From positions 930,001 through 994,000 of the forward strand of contig JAQGDQ010000037.1 of NCBI GenBank assembly GCA_030141605.1: a stretch of 64,000 nt of DNA, written 5' to 3'. Below, piece by piece: positions 12,716 to 26,905 of this stretch. This stretch comes from Tubiluchus corallicola (lineage: Eukaryota > Animalia > Priapulida). The notes under the pieces were generated by a model. That model saw only the letters and a list, made by a program, of their open reading frames with translations, ran no database searches and was not told where the DNA came from. The translations under genes were made by a program, and so were the position numbers. Every line of letters starts with the position of its first letter. Within the stretch, counting starts at the first letter, position 1.

Positions 12716-15700
12716 AATTTACTAAGCTGGCAAATTTGGCTTAAATGGTGTGACGGTCGCGACGGATACCGTTTCTGTCATCAAGCCAATTTCGTTAATA
12801 GCTTTTCTGCCCATGTCATGATTCATTGCCATTACTATACTGTTATTACGGTGGTTATCATCGTCGTTAGTAACTATTATTATTGAACAGTTTTATTTTC
12901 AGGAATTAAAACTGTTTCCTGAAAATGTCATATTTTTTAGGTTGATAGCTTTGGCAGCTATTATTGGCCATTTCAGGGCTACAAATAATTTATCAAATAA
13001 TTATGCGGCAGTCACTGGAAACCTTACAAGCGTAGTCAAGAAGTGGAACTTATGAAAGGCGTTCTCAATAAAATAATAAATTTCTCTGTGGTAGTTTTAT
13101 AGAGGGCGCCAAGCTATTATTGACCAGTTTTATTTCTAAATAGAAATAGTGCTATTTAGAAATAAAACTCGTCAACAATATCTATTTGTTCATAAACCAA
13201 AAATTTTTTAGCTAATTTTACATAAATCCGAGGCTGTTGCATATTAATTTTATACAGTCAGCTGTAACGTAGAGAGTTGATTACCTATTTCAAAAGCCTT
13301 TTGTTTTTTTCAGTCTATTGAATCGTCTCGGTTTGACAAATTTAACACAGCACACTGCAGATGGCGCCAGCTACATGATTTAACTATTGCACGGGCAGTA
13401 ACAGTTTTTCGCACAGATTTTAAGTGTTGTTACTTTTAAACTAGTTACTCATTCTCATACAACTATTTATTAAGAGTTTGCTGTAACAAAATTTTCTTGA
13501 ATCTCATTACAGGTATTTTACTATTTATTTGTTTATTTATTTATTCTCCGCAAATTTTTCGCTTAAGAACTCATTAAGCATGAAAGCTAGAGTCACGAAA
13601 CTCACGAGGTGAGTAACTCTGAGCAGGGGAGGACAGCAGTAGAATGACCTTTGACCTCTGGTCAATACGTCAAGGGCAGTGGGCGTCGGTCATTTTTACG
13701 ACTATGATTCAACTTTCCCAGAGATTTCAGTTTTCCATTTTTCCACAAATATTTGGGTACAGTGGGGTAGCTGTGCACCCGGGGCAGCAGGGCAGCTTCA
13801 AAATGTAAAATCGGGAGTACCCACTTGTGGTAACCTTTTAGACACAGAAGGCTAGGAACACAAAACTCACAGGGCACACTTCCTAGGTAAAGGGAATTAT
13901 CTCTATATGTGACTAAAGAATGTCGGTTCAACAGTCAAGGAGTTAGCGGGTTTCTTTTGTTTTTCTTTAACCGATTCTGTAGTTTTTCAGCTAGCGTCCC
14001 AATTTTTGACATGTAGCTAGACTTTTGTGTATGCCTGAATATAGGGCATGTGCATATGAAACAATTTTCTGCTAAGGTCTAGGGGGAAAATTCCGAAATT
14101 TGGGGGTCGGGAACAAAAATCCCTGGTGTGTCGAGCGGCAACAGCTTGTAGCATTTCAAACGAAGGGTCTCGATGAGACAAAGGAAGAAATGTAGGGATC
14201 TGGGGACTAATGCTTCCAGCGCCAAGTGACACTAGTACATCAAATGAAGTATTTCGATGAGGTGAAGTGAATGGCATAAGTTGAGAGGTGAATGGTTGAC
14301 GTTTGACCCACGGATAACGAGTTGAAAGGTTACAAGTTCTGCTTTCATTCTGAAGTGCTATTCCTACGTAATTAAGTAATATCAATTCAGTAAAATTTAA
14401 AATATGACATTAAAACATTCGTTTCAAGGCCCAATTCCGCACCTATTGGTTGCAAAGACTTCAGTTTCTAATCATCGCCAACATCGTCAAAAACATTGCC
14501 AACTAGTTGTTCACAAAAATCATACCTGACTGAATACCAGATAGAGTGAATGACTAAATTAGCGACAGAAGATCGAAGAAAAGTATAAGAGGAAGGATAT
14601 AAAAACTCGTAGTGAAGAGAAGGCGAAGAAAAACCCAGGCGAAGCTCTGGGCATAAACTCTTTTTATTCCAGTAGGTTTGCAACGTACGCTTACTTGCTA
14701 TATCTGTAACGTTATAGGTGTGACTTTTAACTGGGACGTCAAATGGTCGCCCAAACTACAAAAGTAATAAAATTATGCTAAATAGCGACTGTATAACTCC
14801 GAAGGTTTTATGAAATAAAAATCTTTAAGTGGCATAAGTAACTAAAACAAACTTTCTCCTATGAAACTATTAAGTGTTTTATTTACTTAAATTAATCGCT
14901 CGTCCTACATGTATTGTGTATTTTGTATATTTTGTAAATTTCTTTGCTATTTGTAATCATGTTCATAGCTTTAATTTAATTCTCAGAATTTGTGAAATGT
15001 GTATTTTATGTACATTTTGTAATGTTAATCATTTGTATACATAGTTTTAATTTAGTTTTTAAATGTGTTAGTTTGTATGTGTGGGCCTATTAATAATGAC
15101 ACTATTGCTTTTATTAGTTTTACTTTTTATAAACTGGTGACATACAAATTTTAATTTAATTATGATTTTAATTTTACGTTTATATTGTACGTAACAATTT
15201 TAGCAACAAGGAGTACTAACAGAAAAGTAATAATAAATAATAAATGTTATTTACGCGAACATGAGTACCTTTTTCGAAAATAGAGCCTAATTCTAAATGT
15301 TGCATTTTCACCTTGATCCTATGATTGAAACTGTACGCATACTCGTACATTCGTGGTTTGTGAATTGCTTAGACTGATTTCGTTTTATTCAGAGGAAAAG
15401 GAAAATGTATGTCTGGTTATTTGTACGCACCCACACCTGCCTCGCGTGCAAACAAACGGCATTATGTGTCTTTCTAAAAACGAAAATCATTGTGTTATAT
15501 CCCATCTACTCGCACGCAAGGTAAAACCATAAACCAATATTATATTTACCCGAGTAACCTAGCTGTTGAAGTGAATCGTTTATTTTAGTGCATCATAAGA
15601 ATTATGTATGGACGTTTAGTAAGCAAAATGTTTTGATCACATGTTACTTCGGTTGTAGAACCGCCGGTTATGCTTCGTAAAAACAGAAATTTTTAGAAAG

Positions 15701-18700
15701 AGCTTAGTAATAAATTGACAGTTACCAAAAGTGTTTGTGGTGCTTTAAGCTTGGGTAATATGTACAATGTACATGTACCTGCAGCTTGGTCCCGCTTATC
15801 ACCGATGGTAGCACAAGTGCCGATATTAGCGTTCAGTGCGAGCGTATCCAGTTTGTTGCGGCACCGGCATGCAAGGCTGCTGACTTGTTTCGAATTCAGA
15901 ACGAAAGTAGACGAATCTATATAGTTTAACATAAAAAGTAAGCGCTCCCTTCCCGTGCCACATGACTTGTTTAATGTGAATAATGTGAACTGAAATAACT
16001 GACTTTTCTTGAAGAGTAATTTTGCAATAAAATTTGCACTTGTTCGCTTAAATTGACCATTGGCCACACTTTAAGAAAATTTCCAAGTTAGCATCCAACA
16101 GCATGCCTGTATCTCAGACAGTTCTGTACTGAGTCAAAGGCGACATTATTATTATTATTATTTATCTAATTTCAATAAACTGACAAACTGACTAACTGTC
16201 CGACAAACTGACCGGCTAATTATGCCAATCTCGGCAGGTGGCTGTCTAACCTACTCTTAACTGACTACTGTAATTGAAATATTCAAAGAGTAGATGAATG
16301 ACTAAGTAAATAAATGACTGTGCTGAATCACGGAAGAACGAACTGAGAAAAATGTTTCAAGTGACTTTCGAAAGTCCACTGCAAAAGTGATTATCAATCG
16401 ATGGGAAAAGAGTTGAGGTACTACTTATTTGTTTGCATTATGTACCTGAGTTTGCACCGTTAGATCTTTTGTGCAGGTATATGTACTAAATCCTTATTTG
16501 CCAATTTAAAAACTTTAAAAACAATAGAATCATTGCAAGTTCATCCTTCAGTGACAATGGTTTAAAATTTGCACTGTTTAATGGCAAAAACGGCTACAAA
16601 ACAAGAAATAGGACATGTGTTCAATTTCAATATATATCGACACTACAAACATGGAATAAGTACAAATGAAATAACTTGAACATTCTTGTCGAATGAGTGG
16701 AAAATAGGCGAATTGTCATGACATCGCATGTGTTTGACGGTCAAGGAATGGATGGGAGATGATTAGCTTTGATACATGTTATGGGCGGTTTCGTTTGCCT
16801 TACTGATTCTGTTTGCTCACCTCGTAGAGAGAGAATGTACTGACATATGATTCAAGTTTTCTCGACGGTTCGGTGTCTCATCTTGGAGCCATAGACTTGA
16901 TAATGAACTAGGTTTCAGGCTAGCCACGACTATCCATAATGAGTTGGTCCTGGCATTGAAAGCTGGATTCCGACTGCAGTGTGTCAATTTGTATAAAAAA
17001 TAGCTATCTGAGCTTAAGTTCACGTTCATTTAAATGTCAGTCGAGGTTAACCAAACTTCTTTAAAGTAGGCTGGCTTGAGGTCTCGTGGCATGGTTTTAG
17101 GCTTCTCTGATTCTGTTATGGCCCAGAAGAAAAGAATCAGAACGAATTAAACTGTGAACATTGAAAACTTTGCTTGTTGCAAACGTAAGGGAACTTTTTA
17201 ATTATGCAAATTAGTGAACAAAATCTTGCTCGCCAGTTAATTTAATTTAATTATCCAGCCATTTCTTTAATCGATGAGGGCATCAAGAAGCAAATTCATT
17301 TTTCTTGATTTGTTGTCGTGATTGGGTAACATCAAAAACTAGCTACATGCGCATCAAAGTTTACTGTGTTCAAAATCAAAATTTCGACAAGTATTTACTT
17401 CTAGCTTTACACTATCCAGGCAAAAAGTATAAAAGTGCACAAATGACAACACTTTTCGCCTTAAATGTCGGTAACAATGACATTGGAGATAATGTTGTTT
17501 TTTCGATGTGCAGACGACTCTCTGTTTAGAAAATTTGTTGTATTCGTCAAATACGCGTACTAGAATAGAATAGAAATTTATTTTTTCCTTGGATACATGA
17601 TACATACAACTTATTTCCATTACGGTATAAGTGTTAGTATAAAAGTTAAATCACAAAAATATAATACATAGATGCTACTAAAATGCTGCAGATTACTATA
17701 CAGTAAGCTAAGATTATGGACAAATCAAGTAATAATAAAAGCGCAAGTTAAAAGTCAAATGTAGGGTAAATCGTTGAGTAATATCACAAGCAACTAATCA
17801 CCAGTTAAGGGAATGTAAATGAAACAGAAGGGTAAATGCTACGGATGTTATATTGTAAACTACTAGCAGGTATGAATTATTGTATGAATTAAAAAAATGA
17901 TGCAAAATCCAGGTTGCAAAAATTGTAGAATTAAAAAATAGTGAATGGTGAATACTAGGATGTTGTGTGTTATGCAGCGTACAGAAACTCAAAAAATAAC
18001 GAGATTAGTCAATAGTCTGATCACTAACTAGAGCAGGTTAGAAGAGGAGGAGAGAGAAGGAGCGGAGAGGAGGGTTGAGAAGAGATGTGTTAAAAGGGGG
18101 TGAGGTCTTAGCTCAAGATTGATTGTAATTCTTATATTACGACTCTTAGATCAGAATATATTTGCAATTCTTACATTACGAAAGTACTTGAACCTTTAGA
18201 TTTTGGCAGTAATCATCGTGACAAGTTAAAATCACTTGCATGCAGCACATTGCCATAGTCATCAACTGAATAATGTAACATTTTTTCTTATATTCTGCAT
18301 TTTGATTAAAAGCAAAAGAATACCAAAAATCTCTGATCATGACGGATTTCAGATAAATAAATAAATTTATCTATAAAGTTCAAAGGTCGAATAAATTGTT
18401 CGAATTGAAAAATTATTTGATCGTATACATACTTGAGGTATTTAGCTAATCGAGTTAATCCAATCGTTTAGTAGACTTTTTTAACCGAAGCTGACCAGTC
18501 ACTCAGTCGACCCGGGTGTCAAAACAATTATGCAAATACGTTAAGTAAATTTGTACTTTGGTCTACTTTTTCTAGACGTCCTTGCATAATAAGCAAAAAC
18601 GAAAAAATTGTGCAAGTGGAATAAATGTTTTTAGACTTTTTTATTGTCGGAGCAGCTTCTCAATTACTGTGGCATTCAGTCCGCAGAGTGCCGAGCTCAA

Positions 18701-19199
18701 AACTTAATAAATTTTCGATTTTGAGCACGGTACAGACATTTTACAAACAAAACAAAGAATGTATTTCTTAAACCAATCAAAGAGTTTTGCTGAAAACTGT
18801 TGCAGTCAAAATCGCCCGCAGAAATTCTCAGCTGAATTAAAATTCTACTGTTCTACTGTTTAGCGTCCCGTCGTAGTACTAATAAAAGAAAGAAACGCAC
18901 GGCGAAACTGGCCTGCCAAAAATATTAGTTATTATAAGTGTGCGTACGCCTTTGCCTTAAAGTAAATAAAATAAGCTAAATATACAGAATAAATAGAGCA
19001 AAATAATTCAGTTTATATACTCTAAACAAAGTGAACATAAAAATCATTCACTGATCAACCACGAACAATACGAAGCAAAAACAAAATACTGTGATCAGTA
19101 ATCAACTCCATTTCATTGTTAAATATTTACCTTTCTTCATTACCATGATCATTGTTATCTAAACAACAAGCTGTTCATTACGTGAATCTTCTTCAGCTT

Positions 19200-19532
19200 C
19201 ATAAATCGAAACGGGGGACTGATTTTCTTTATTGGAAAATCGATGTAAGTAGTTGTGTAATTCGGCGCCGCACGGGGCTGCCTTGATGAGTGATGCGCGT
19301 CTTCTCTTTCTAGAGTTGGTGAAACCACGCGCGCGACAGCTGAAACGTTGCGAGTGTGTGAAGCCATTTCGTGCAGAGTAGCGCATCCTACTCAAGCCTA
19401 CGTGGTTTTGCGATAAACTCCTGGAAAAAAACAGCCGAGATGCAGCTTAATATCAAAGTGTGTTACAAAGCGTGCTAAAGAATCTTACCATCCGTGTATG
19501 CATCGCTAAACTACACGTACACATCAGAATAA
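19200..19532 (+). promoter_or_regulatory. Candidate promoter / 5'UTR exon of the RGS gene
   Basis: Locally CpG-rich patch (cggcgccgcacgggg, cacgcgcgcg) ending in a consensus donor AA|gtaagt at 19533-19538. It lies about 1.1 kb upstream of the ATG exon, which has an acceptor and so needs an upstream exon. Confidence 0.45.
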
Positions 19533-19994
19533 GTAAGTTAGCTTTAACATTCTCGTTCGTTATTGTTTGCTTTATATATAAACTTTATTTATTTTAAGTG
19601 GGTTTACAACACAGTATCTGTTCACAGTATTTCCACTATGTGCAGTGCAGGAGAAATGTATTATATCTCAGTTAAGGAGTCGTTTGTTTTGTTTCAGTTG
19701 CTTGTTTTACTTCAGCGTAGCAAAATATTTGTGTGATTTTGAAGTTGTTCCATTTCAAATCACTTGACTTCAATTTTACTCATTTTTCTTTATCTCACTT
19801 TATAATTGCACCGCTCACTTTTCTTACAGTTAGCACCCATATTTAAAGTAGAATCGACATTTGTGACCCAAAACATCAAGCATAAGACATTTGCACCAAT
19901 CTTACGAAAATTATCAATCACACGTTGAAATATTATTATTTGCATGTAAAAGTTGCAGAATTTCATGTTTAAGTCAGCAGGTCTACAATAATGT

Positions 19995-20190
19995 TGCCGT
20001 CAGCACCTCCGTTGATTGTCCGTTGAGGCGCTGATCCGTGGTCCTCACTTCATCCCCTGACAGTGACTCTTTGACCACTTTTAAAATGTGGAAGTGGCTT
20101 TTTCGAGTGGTGGTTCTTTGTCCGGGGTGGCCTTTTAGCTCGTGGTCGTTTCACTGGTGGTCCTTTGTCGGGTGGGTCTTTGCCTACCAA
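19995..20190 (+). mobile_element. Terminal fragment of a DNA element with ~15-bp subterminal repeats (same family as 57820-58357)
   Basis: Repeated ggtggtcctttgtcc-like units and ttgaccactttta match the reverse complement of 57820-57975. Confidence 0.55.
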
Positions 20191-20629
20191 TAAAATAAAC
20201 TTACAAGATTTTTTGTGACTATATATCTAGTAAGATTTAACTTGACTAATTGAAATTATAGACTTTATTTTCCCTATTTCGTTTATGTCAGCCATCTTTG
20301 TTGAAATTTGAAAAGAGAATGTTTACCTTTATATTGCTGTTACTCATTGATATGGCTTCACTAACTTACGGATCAATTTCGTACATAACATACGTGCTTG
20401 CAATACCACATCTCTGTTTGGCTATAAACAACGTCTGTTATATACATGAATTAATTACGTAATAGTCATAATAATTGCTGTTCTATTATGTAAAGTGTAA
20501 CTGCAGCATTTACCATGCACGCAGGCTACAGTTTGTAACTAATAGTTTGGTTGATTCTTTACACAGCAGTAAATAATAAGATTGCTTCGCCTTGTTGCAT
20601 TTTATTTGCAACATTTTCCAATTTCAGGC

Positions 20630-20734
20630 ATGCACGATAATGATGACATGGCGAATAATAAGAGATCATCAGAAAGTATGCAGATTGTACACGGAGCCCC
20701 CGAGGAATCTCCAAACATTATTGTTTACCGAAAG
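20630..20734 (+). CDS. RGS7: R7-family regulator of G-protein signalling (RGS6/7, EGL-10-like), first coding exon
   Basis: Acceptor atttcag ends at 20627 and ATG is at 20630. Encodes MHDNDDMANNKRSSESMQIVHGAPEESPNIIVYRK (cf. RGS7 ..DESPNMLVYRK), then donor AAG|gtaaga (phase 0). Confidence 0.9.
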
Positions 20735-21730
20735 GTAAGAGGTTTTTCGCTGCTTTTTACTCGGATAAACGTATGATTATTGGCCTCTACTAGGCCGCTT
20801 TCCTTTCTATGTATTACGCCTGAATTAACTGCCCGGGCGTTGTGCTTCTACAGTCATACTCATAGATTTAGTTGACCTGAAAGAGTAAAGAACAATTCTT
20901 CTGCTGTTCATCAATCATCAAGGTATCTTTGTAACATAAAAGTTACGAAAATTTAGACCCCATGTATCTAATAGCACTAGATGTGTGACTGTGAATTTTT
21001 TTCATTCGAAATCAGTTTTGATATCTACACGTTTCAAAATCATTGCTGCAAATGGTAAACGTTGACTGAGTCGGCGGACTACGTGCACAGTAAATGACCA
21101 CAGGCTATAATAGCACATAATATGGCACATGAAAAAGGCATATTTTTCCATTTGTGTCCTTTTCTCTGTGCCTTATGCCATTTTATCTATATGCAACGAG
21201 TTAAAGTTTTGTGTAATAGTAATAGTAATAATAGTAGGGGCGCAAACGGCATGAGAAGAAAGATGAATTTGGATGAGTACCTTCATTCATGTCACGGCCA
21301 TTTTTCTCAAAATCAGAATATGGAAGTTTGTGAAAACAGACATGGCATAACTTTAGTGCGTCATACGAAGACAAATTACTTAGATGTTAAACTCGCACAG
21401 ACTTTGGGATAGTGGAAACCACCAACGCGTGGTAGAACGGAAATGGAAAGAATCTTGTAGAATGCTACTATCACGAAAAGTCACTGTCACGCAAGCAAAA
21501 TAAAATAAATAAATAAATAAGGCAAGGCATGTTGAAGATATACAATGTTTTATAATGAATCAGATTGGTTCTACTTTTGCCGAATAAGTAAAAAACGTGT
21601 TCAAATATATCGGAAAATCACACGTAATAATCGAATCATATTACAAAAAATGTCGGATCAAGTTGACCACATACTGATCAGTTTATTCAATAACTTAAAA
21701 GCGTTCATTAGTCATGCTCTAATAATTACA

Positions 21731-22057
21731 ATATTATATTATATTATATTGTATTGTATTATATTATATTATATTATATTATATTATATTATATTATATT
21801 ATATTATATTATATTATATTATATTATATTATATTATATTATATTATATTATATTATATTATATTATATTATATTATATTATATTATATTATATTATATT
21901 ATATTATATTATATTATATTATATTATATTATATTATATTATATTATATTATATTATATTATATTATATTATATTATATTATATTATATTATATTATATT
22001 ATATTATATTATATTATATTATATTATATTATATTATATTATATTATATTATATTAT
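21731..22057. repeat. (ATATT)n microsatellite, ~65 units
   Basis: Directly visible. Confidence 0.97.
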
Positions 22058-25000
22058 AAAGTACTATTAACTTTAAAGTTTATTCTTTTTCAAATTATTT
22101 TCGTTCGTTGGACAAAGACGGTGCTACAAACATTTCAATCCAGATGTGTCTCGTTATGTAGGTTACGCTGTTGCTATTTACCGGCAAAATGTAAGTTATT
22201 GCAGGAAAATTACAACTTTATGCATGATGGGTGTTTTAGAGGCAAATGGTTTCTCTTGGCTCTATAGTTTACAGGTCATGTGTCACACAGGCGCGTGTAC
22301 CACTTATACAGATCGATAATTATACCGGCGCCATTGATTTATCGATTCTTCTAACAACACGAGCCATTTCTAATGTAAAGCCTCAGCTGCTAAGATTTCT
22401 AAGGTTAAAGCCTGATTTTTAGAGAGATTGTGATCGATTACCGTACAGTCACAGAGACGCATTGATAAGATAATGTTGGTTTGATGAGCAAGCGTACAGA
22501 CACTACCCCCACTGAAGTAACACAGTGCATAAAGGAAGGTGCAACTGGTGCAAAAAGTCGGGTGCAGTGTGGTGACCGCCTGCTTTAATTGGTAAAAATA
22601 AAATAGTAAAGAATATGTTTTGATTTCGAAGTAGGCTACCACTTAGATTTCATCGTGAGAAATGGTGAACAGAAATAACCAGGTATTGCTCTTCACAAGA
22701 AATAAAGAGGCAGTAAACCCTATTTATGTAAAGCTTTAGCTTACTTATTGATGAGAACAATGAAGCACATATGAAAACAATTATAGTGCGAAGGGACGGT
22801 GCTTACAAAGCAGTTAGATGACGCTTGACGAATGCTATAAAGCAGCAAAGCTAAATCGACACTTTATTATGAAGAAATAAAACTAATGACTGATATCTGA
22901 ACGGATGGTTAAAATTTGTTTTGATCTACGATTTTTTATCTACTGGTTTATTCACTAATTCGTTTTTTAACAATTTCGACTTTAAAGTCAGAACAAAAAC
23001 CTCTCGAAGACTTCTCTTCGTCCTATCCAATGCAAACAAACTTAAAAGGACTTACATGTTCAACAACTTTAATCGTGTTCGACTGTTGGCAGAAGAGGCT
23101 GAAAGCTTGAAACATTATTCTGGTGGTTTAATTGCTTGTTATCATGTGTCAATGAGCTTTTATTGGTTTTATTTGGATCCTGCTCTATCATGTAAAAGAC
23201 AAAATCAACCCTTTTAGTATAAATTGTGCTTGTCAGTATATTGGTTTTTATTAAGATCCGTTAACTGGAGATTGCATAGAACTTTTAAGACATTAATAAA
23301 TACTGGAAAAATAATTAAATCAACATAAAGAAAAGTCAGTAAAACAGATTAACAGCCGTTACAGTAACCATACAACGAATATAAAAGTACTAATTACGAC
23401 AATGACGCCGAGATGGCGATGGCGGCGGCGGTGGCAGCAGCAAGCAATCTTTATTCGTTGTCTTTCATCTTTTAGACTGCTATTCTATGTCATTTGCTGT
23501 GATTATAATATTATAATCGGTAATTTATTAGAAATATGAGACGATTTAATTTGATTTATGTAATTCATTTTCTCATTTTGACGGTTACGAATGTCCCAGC
23601 GGACGCCGCAAGTTTATCGTGAGTTTGAGTTTGATTTGAATTTCAGGCGACGTCGCGATTAGAAGCCGTTGAACGCCTATTTTTTCTTGTGGTTTTACAA
23701 ATTTTTTGTTTTGGTTTTGTTTGCATTTTAGAAATTTACATGCAGCAGATTACTTTTAAATGCAAATGGTGAGCAAAAAGTTAATGCAGGTGTAGGTCCA
23801 GTGATTGCCATGCCCGATGTAGTGTGGTCCAAATTCAGATTCTCGCCTGGTTGATTCTGGGAATGATTTCTATTAAACACAACTGACAAGATGTGCTGTC
23901 ACAATTCTATGTGAGGATCAAATTGTCTTTTTAATTAGTTGCAAACTGCTAACAAAATGCGATGGCGAACTAATTTAGTTTGATCTAAAATCTTTCAAAA
24001 TACTTCACTTTCTGTTCTTTGGTGTTTTTCTGTTCAATTGAATACTTGCTCTCTCTGCCATGGCACTTGTACAGTTTTACATTTTATTTCGAACCAAATC
24101 GTATTTGCATAACAGAAAGAAGAGAACTCATTTCAAATTCTAGCTGCATTCCCGGGTCTTCGGGAAATTACGGTGTCTATTGAAAGTAGCTAATTGATTC
24201 TTGCAACCATCTGAGTCCAAAAGTTGGTAGTCTTCATACCAGGTCTGATGGAGTCTGATATAAATTCCTCAGTGGGACACTAATATATGTCAGAATAGTT
24301 TTCGAGAGGGGAACGGGCATCTAAAAGAATTGTCAATATTGTCATGTGCAATGGGAACTCACTCATTTGCATACCACAATGTTTTAAAGACTCAATGTGC
24401 CATGCAGTGCGTACTGTGGAGTTCACAGAGGGCGACACCAATTTATCTTGGCGTTGCGCTCCGACTGTAACGTAATTTTTTCATTGCTGCCAATTTCACC
24501 AACTAATTATGGCAATTGGGCCTAATTAACAAAACGAGTGACGGAAGTAATAACAGTGCTTTGGTTTCCCATTTGTCTAACTCATATTAAAAGTTTTAGT
24601 TGTTCGTGAAACTGAAACGTCTTTCTGCTGTTGACTTGGAATATAATAGATATAAGAAACTACATAATCAAATAAAATTTCAGATGAAATACCTAGAAAT
24701 GCAAAGTTTTGCCTAGATATCACACAATAATTATTGTGTATGACTTTTCACAGAAACGAAACACGAAACTAGGGTTCTCTAAGCATTTGGGCCAAAGTTT
24801 ACAATTCCCCACTCACCAGAAATTGGATCAGGTTGGGGTTAGTGTTAGGGTATTTAAATTGTAAAGTCCTTCCGAAATTTGAACTGCTTAAGTGCTAACT
24901 GCGAGGTACTTTTCAAGCAATGGTCTTAGATGTCTTTTTATCATTGTCGTTGTAGGTGTAAGAAATTAGATCAGGGCGTAGTGAAAAATGCTAGTTTTTA

Positions 25001-25491
25001 TCAGCCATAGCTTTAGTCTGAGCTGTTATTATCGCTTGGCAATCAGGCAGTAGTAACTTTCAGTATGTATAAAACATTTACTTTCTCCAAGGACGTAAAT
25101 TATCGTAATGTAGCATGGCAGAAGAATCTCTCTTGTATGCTTCGCGAGAAAGACTCATGACCTCCTAAGATCGTTACTCGCTCTAGGCGATTTCATTCAC
25201 TATACTGATTTTGTATGACTAACCTCACAAGAGTAGGATATTCATACAATTAAACGTGACTTAAACACCTCTGCTGGTTCAGTGCCTCATCTTAGAGGGA
25301 ATATCCACGATAATGAATTAGGATCCGGTCACGCCAACAACATCGCGTTAAGTAGGTCCTGCCACTATATAAAACGAAATGACGCACGTTTTGCGTTATT
25401 TTCGGGAGAATGAAATTAAAACGTAACTTACCTATATCCGTTACACTTCAAAATAATTAATACTAGCAGATAATGCGAGTTTCTTTAGACC

Positions 25492-25628
<137 letters not shown>

Positions 25629-26023
25629 GGTCATACTCCATCGTGTTCTAGCTGTTAATAGTCACTTAATTCCTTTTCTGTGGATGCACTTCTATGACCT
25701 ATAACTGCTGGCCTTCATCAAATTATAGAAGAAATAAAGATGATGTGGTGGAACGCGTTTTGGATTCTCTCTGGTACCACGTACTCTGAACTTTCAAGTT
25801 CCGTATCTCAGACTCCGTCCTAACAAATGACATGTTTTCAATACGTTTGTTTCTTCAGCGAGTGCTAAAAATGTATCTTTTGCTATTGTAGTGTCCTTTT
25901 GACCAGTCAAACACGTGTTTCGGATTTTTTGCATCATGATTCAAGATTTGTTCACTTAATTTAATTTACCTCAAATAAAAACTGAATAAATGTAAGAACG
26001 CGTTCGTTGGCAAAACAAATTGG

Positions 26024-26160
26024 CTAAAGTTTACAATACAATTCCCCACACACAACAAATTGGTTCGTGAAGCGGATTAGGATTAGGGTTAGGGTTAGGA
26101 TTAGGGTTAGGGTTAGGGTACTTAAATTGTGTGGGGAAATTCCTTCTAAGAAATTTGTAA
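26024..26160 (+). repeat. Short element containing interstitial (TTAGGG/TTAGGA)n
   Basis: About 7 telomere-like hexamers flanked by an IR aattccccacaca / tgtgtggggaaatt. A degenerate second copy lies at ~24792-24881. Confidence 0.65.
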
Positions 26161-26905
26161 TCATTTTAGCAGTTTTGTTTTCAAATAATAATAATAAAAC
26201 GGCGATACATCTGGCTAACGCAGCCAATGCGTTTACTGCACCATATTAATTTGCGTTCCTGACATTTCCGCTTGGATATTGTCTGATATATTTTTGCATT
26301 TGATTATTCCCAGTACACTAATTAAAAGAATTGTGTAGGGAACACTTAATTATCATATGACGTATAATTTTATGCGGGCATAACATGAAAGCCGCAGCGG
26401 TACAAATTTAGGAAAAAATTATTATTCAGAAAAAAATCAAGTGTCGGAGCTTCTTATCTGAGACTGTAATTGATTTTTTTTATTGAATTGCCTTTATTAC
26501 TAAACTGTCTTATGTAATTTGTATACTGGATGATTAACTTGGTCTTCTTATTATGAGTGAAGAAGCACAAGTTTAACACAAGAAATCATACACAGGGAAG
26601 CATTTAGGAAATTTGCTGTAATTTATGAAGTTTGCCACTTACGTTCAACCTACCATCAGGCTACACTCTGGTGTGCCTTACAAAATTGCACATACATTTA
26701 CACGATGTCATGCATTAATGTCACGTAGGATCTTATTCTTTTCGATTGGGTGGGGCATTTGGAAGGCCAGTCGTTCCAACTTGGTTGTGAAGCAGGAAAT
26801 AAATATTTCTTTTTGGAAAGAATCCAGCTGACACAACAACATACCATGTCTACCTGTAAATAAGGTTATGTACAATTTTGTTCGAGTACAACTGCCCAAG
26901 TAGGG

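Noticed and set aside
13590-14390. Coding exons in a GC-richer stretch
   Set aside because: The ORFs have no recognisable protein motifs; the sequence looks like non-autonomous DNA-element interior, but I could not define termini.
21545-22267. 240-aa ORF with YIILY repeats
   Set aside because: Translation of the (ATATT)n microsatellite. The same applies to the poly-N/Y/I/LS/IYLS ORFs at 8020, 25441, 33661, 44780, 45328, 55726, 58959 and 62014.
23591-23624. Alternative first RGS exon MSQRTPQVY|gtgagt
   Set aside because: The donor is phase 1, incompatible with the phase-0 exon at 55041, and the resemblance to SPNIIVYRK is weak.
26075-26118. True telomere or chromosome fusion site
   Set aside because: Only ~7 imperfect units, embedded in a repeat element within an intron.
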